From Flavobacteriaceae bacterium (GTDB lineage: Bacteria > Bacteroidota > Bacteroidia > Flavobacteriales > Flavobacteriaceae): a DNA stretch of 64,000 nucleotides. The stretch is taken from contig JAQWJV010000046.1 of NCBI GenBank assembly GCA_029248185.1, forward strand, positions 34,912-98,911, given 5' to 3'. Position numbers and translations under genes: made by a program. The notes beneath the pieces are model-generated. The model was not told where the DNA came from, made no database searches, and saw only the letters and a list, made by a program, of their open reading frames with translations. This document shows, one piece after another, positions 61,466 to 64,000 of this stretch (its first letter is position 1; each line of letters starts with the position of its first letter).

Positions 61466-63595
61466 TTACTCTTTTTTCTCTGGTCTAGGTAAAAGTGCCT
61501 TGCGAGATACTTTTTCTTTACGTGTTCTAGAGTCAATACCAAAGTATTTTACTTCTAAAGTATCTCCCATTTTGACAACGTCACTAACATTTTCTGTACG
61601 TTCCCATGCTAGTTCGCTAACATGTAAAAGGACCTCGTTTCCTGGAGCCTCCAGATATTCTACAACAGCACCAAAGTCTAGCATTTTAATTACTTTCACT
61701 TGATAGGTGTTTCCAACCACAGGTTTAAAGGTTACCGAATCAATTTTAGCTTCCACCATGGCTATACCTTCTGGTGTTGTTCCTAAAATTTCAATAATAC
61801 CTTCCTCAGTGACAGGATCTTCTGTAACGACGATCGTACATCCAGATGTTTTCTGAAGCTCTTGAATTACTTTTCCTCCAGGTCCAATAATTGCTCCGAT
61901 GAAATCGTTAGGAATACGTCGGGTAATCATTTTCGGCGCATGAGTTTTTACCTCTTCATTAGGTGCAGCAATAGTTTCAACAAGATGATCTAAAATATGC
62001 AATCTACCTTCTCTTGCTTGATTTAAAGCTTGAGTCATTATATCAAAACGTAATCCTTTAATTTTGATATCCATTTGACAAGCAGTAATTCCGTCAGCGG
62101 TTCCTGTAACTTTAAAGTCCATATCTCCTAAATGATCTTCATCTCCTAGAATGTCTGATAGTACTGCAAAACGTTCACCATCTGAAATTAATCCCATTGC
62201 AATTCCTGAAACCGGTTTTTTGATTTGAACTCCAGCATCCATAAGGGCCATAGTACCTGCACAAACAGTTGCCATAGAAGATGAACCATTTGATTCAAGA
62301 ACTTCTGAAACAATTCGTACGGTGTAAGGACAGTTGTCTGGCATTACTTTCTTCAATGCACGTTGAGCTAAGTTTCCATGTCCAACTTCACGTCTTGATG
62401 TACCTCTAAGTGGTCTAACCTCTCCCGTACAAAAAGGAGGGAAATTATAGTGCAAGTAAAAAGTTTCTTCTCCCTGATGTGAAGGAGAGTCAATCATATT
62501 TGCTTCTCTTGAGGTTCCCAATGTAGTCGTTGCTAATGCTTGTGTCTCTCCACGAGTAAAGAGTGCTGAACCGTGAGTGGAGGGTAAGTAATCTACCTCA
62601 CACCAAATGGGTCGAATGTCAGTAGTCTTTCTTCCGTCTAAACGAATCCCCTCTTCGAGGACTAAGTCACGGACAGCTTTTTTCTGAGCACTGTTATTGT
62701 ACTTAGAGATTAATTCGCCTTTTTCTTCAAGGTCTTCTTCAGAAAAACTTTCTTTAGAAGCCTCTTTCACTTCTGAAAATTGCTCTGAACGTTCTGCTTT
62801 TGAAAGGCCTTTTTTGGCAATATCGTAATATTTTTGGTAGGTAGCCGAATGGATTTCTTTTTCTAAAGCTTCATCATGATCTTCCTCCTCATAGGTACGA
62901 ACCACTTTTTTCCCTACGGCTTCTGCTAAAGCGATTTGCGCTTTAATTTGATCTTTAATGGCTTCATGTCCAAATGAGATTGCATCGAGCATCTCTTCTT
63001 CAGAAATTTCATCAAATTCTCCTTCTACCATGGCTACAGAATCTGCACTAGCACCAATCATAATATCGATGTCTGATGTGTCTAATTGTTCTCTGCTTGG
63101 ATTTACAACAAACATACCATCTACTCGAGCCACACGTACTTCAGAAATAGGATACTCAAATGGGATGTCTGAAAGTTGAATAGCTGTTGAAGCTGCAAGT
63201 CCAGCTAATGCATCGGGCATGACATTTTCGTCATGCGACATGAGTTGAATCATGACTTGTGTTTCCGCATGATAGTCTTTTGGGAAAAGGGGACGTAACA
63301 CTCGGTCTACAAGTCGCATTGTTAGTACTTCGCTATCACTAGGGCGTGCTTCTCGTTTGAAAAATCCACCTGGAAATCTACCAGCAGCGGCGAATTTTTC
63401 ACGGTAATCTACCGTCAAAGGTAAAAAGTCAACGGGGCTGGCTTTACGTGCCGATACTGCAGTTGCTAATAGCATACAGTCTCCCATTCTTACTACAACA
63501 GAACCGTCAGCTTGTTTTGCTAATTTACCTGTTTCTATAGTAATTGTTCTCCCGTCTTCAAGACGGATTTCTTGTGTAAATGTTTTTGGAATCAT
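61466..63595 (-). CDS. pnp: polyribonucleotide nucleotidyltransferase
   Basis: 709 aa with two RNase PH domains, KH and S1. Lies downstream of rpsO as in most bacteria. Confidence 0.97.
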   Translation of the reverse strand: MIPKTFTQEIRLEDGRTITIETGKLAKQADGSVVVRMGDCMLLATAVSARKASPVDFLPLTVDYREKFAAAGRFPGGFFKREARPSDSEVLTMRLVDRVLRPLFPKDYHAETQVMIQLMSHDENVMPDALAGLAASTAIQLSDIPFEYPISEVRVARVDGMFVVNPSREQLDTSDIDIMIGASADSVAMVEGEFDEISEEEMLDAISFGHEAIKDQIKAQIALAEAVGKKVVRTYEEEDHDEALEKEIHSATYQKYYDIAKKGLSKAERSEQFSEVKEASKESFSEEDLEEKGELISKYNNSAQKKAVRDLVLEEGIRLDGRKTTDIRPIWCEVDYLPSTHGSALFTRGETQALATTTLGTSREANMIDSPSHQGEETFYLHYNFPPFCTGEVRPLRGTSRREVGHGNLAQRALKKVMPDNCPYTVRIVSEVLESNGSSSMATVCAGTMALMDAGVQIKKPVSGIAMGLISDGERFAVLSDILGDEDHLGDMDFKVTGTADGITACQMDIKIKGLRFDIMTQALNQAREGRLHILDHLVETIAAPNEEVKTHAPKMITRRIPNDFIGAIIGPGGKVIQELQKTSGCTIVVTEDPVTEEGIIEILGTTPEGIAMVEAKIDSVTFKPVVGNTYQVKVIKMLDFGAVVEYLEAPGNEVLLHVSELAWERTENVSDVVKMGDTLEVKYFGIDSRTRKEKVSRKALLPRPEKKE

Positions 63596-63676
63596 TTTTC
63601 ATTATTTGGTTAAACTATTGTTGTGTGTTGTTGCAACCAATGAAAAACTAAGATTCGGTAAAGTGGGTAAACTAAA

Positions 63677-63946
63677 TTATTTACGTAAACCTAATTCTTT
63701 AACAATCTCACGATAGCGAGTAATGTCTTTAGCTTTTAAATAATCTAGTAAACTACGACGTTTTCCTACCAAACGAACCAAAGAACGTTCCGTATTGTAA
63801 TCTTTACGATTTGTTTTTAGGTGGTTGGATAGGTGATTGATTCGGTGCGTGAATAAAGCAATTTGCCCTTCTGCAGATCCCGTATCTTTTTCAGATTTAC
63901 CGTGTTGTTTGAAGATACCTTCTTTAACTTCTTTTGAAATATACAT
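63677..63946 (-). CDS. rpsO: 30S ribosomal protein S15
   Basis: 89 aa, with GSAEGQIALFTHRINHLSNHLK...KRRSLLDYL. Confidence 0.97.
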   Translation of the reverse strand: MYISKEVKEGIFKQHGKSEKDTGSAEGQIALFTHRINHLSNHLKTNRKDYNTERSLVRLVGKRRSLLDYLKAKDITRYREIVKELGLRK

Positions 63947-64000
63947 GCCAATATTAATTTTAATGATTATTATGTAGTTCGCTTTTTAACGAGCGGCAAA

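Noticed and set aside
63596-63676. Regulatory hairpin in the rpsO-pnp intergenic region, as at the E. coli RNase III site
   Set aside because: Only a 6-bp TTGGTT/AACCAA pairing around a 23-nt loop and an 8-bp GTTGCAAC palindrome are present. This is too weak to call.
1-64000. Scan for CRISPR arrays, IS elements or transposases, toxin-antitoxin pairs and known defence genes
   Set aside because: No regularly spaced direct repeats, no transposase- or integrase-like ORFs and no small paired ORFs of TA type were seen. Intergenic space is minimal throughout.

Overview
AT-rich chromosomal segment from a gliding Bacteroidota organism that looks like Flavobacteriia. The taxon call rests on gldB, gldC, gldJ and porV, a T9SS type-B C-terminal sorting domain, TAnnTTTG -7 boxes, and an FtsZ tail ending NNSFLHDNVD. 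The window is almost gap-free and mostly housekeeping. It holds murF, gldJ/porV, pdhA/pdhC, mlaEF-like ABC genes, gcvP, purEK, adk, obg, mpl, radC, aroA, queA, rlmN, dnaG, nadE, gldBC and engB. It also holds a complete dcw cluster from mraZ to ftsZ (38.8-54.3 kb), one tRNA-Arg(UCG), rpe, rpoD, pnp and rpsO. I saw no CRISPR array, IS element or transposase, integrase, prophage body or recognisable defence system. All family calls come from motifs read in the translations, because no database search was possible. The best candidate for something undescribed is a single 1009-aa cytoplasmic ORF (55073-58102). It fuses an APH-type kinase, an M23 metallopeptidase domain with intact zinc ligands, and a PLP domain that resembles the ETNPPL/PHYKPL phospho-lyase subfamily rather than an ordinary transaminase. 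The second candidate is a tightly packed three-gene surface module (15434-19092). It encodes a small type-B-CTD T9SS cargo, its PorP/SprF-like partner broken by an in-frame TAA, and a repeat-rich tail-fibre protein with an S74 self-cleaving chaperone domain, all in a non-prophage context. Smaller oddities: a DnaG whose four zinc-ligand positions are all substituted; a frameshifted NarL-type response regulator with Glu at the phospho-acceptor position; a phased GTGG(T/G) array matching an MraZ operator; and an FtsZ with a roughly 360-aa acidic linker. Most of the window is ordinary, and none of these candidates is proven novel.
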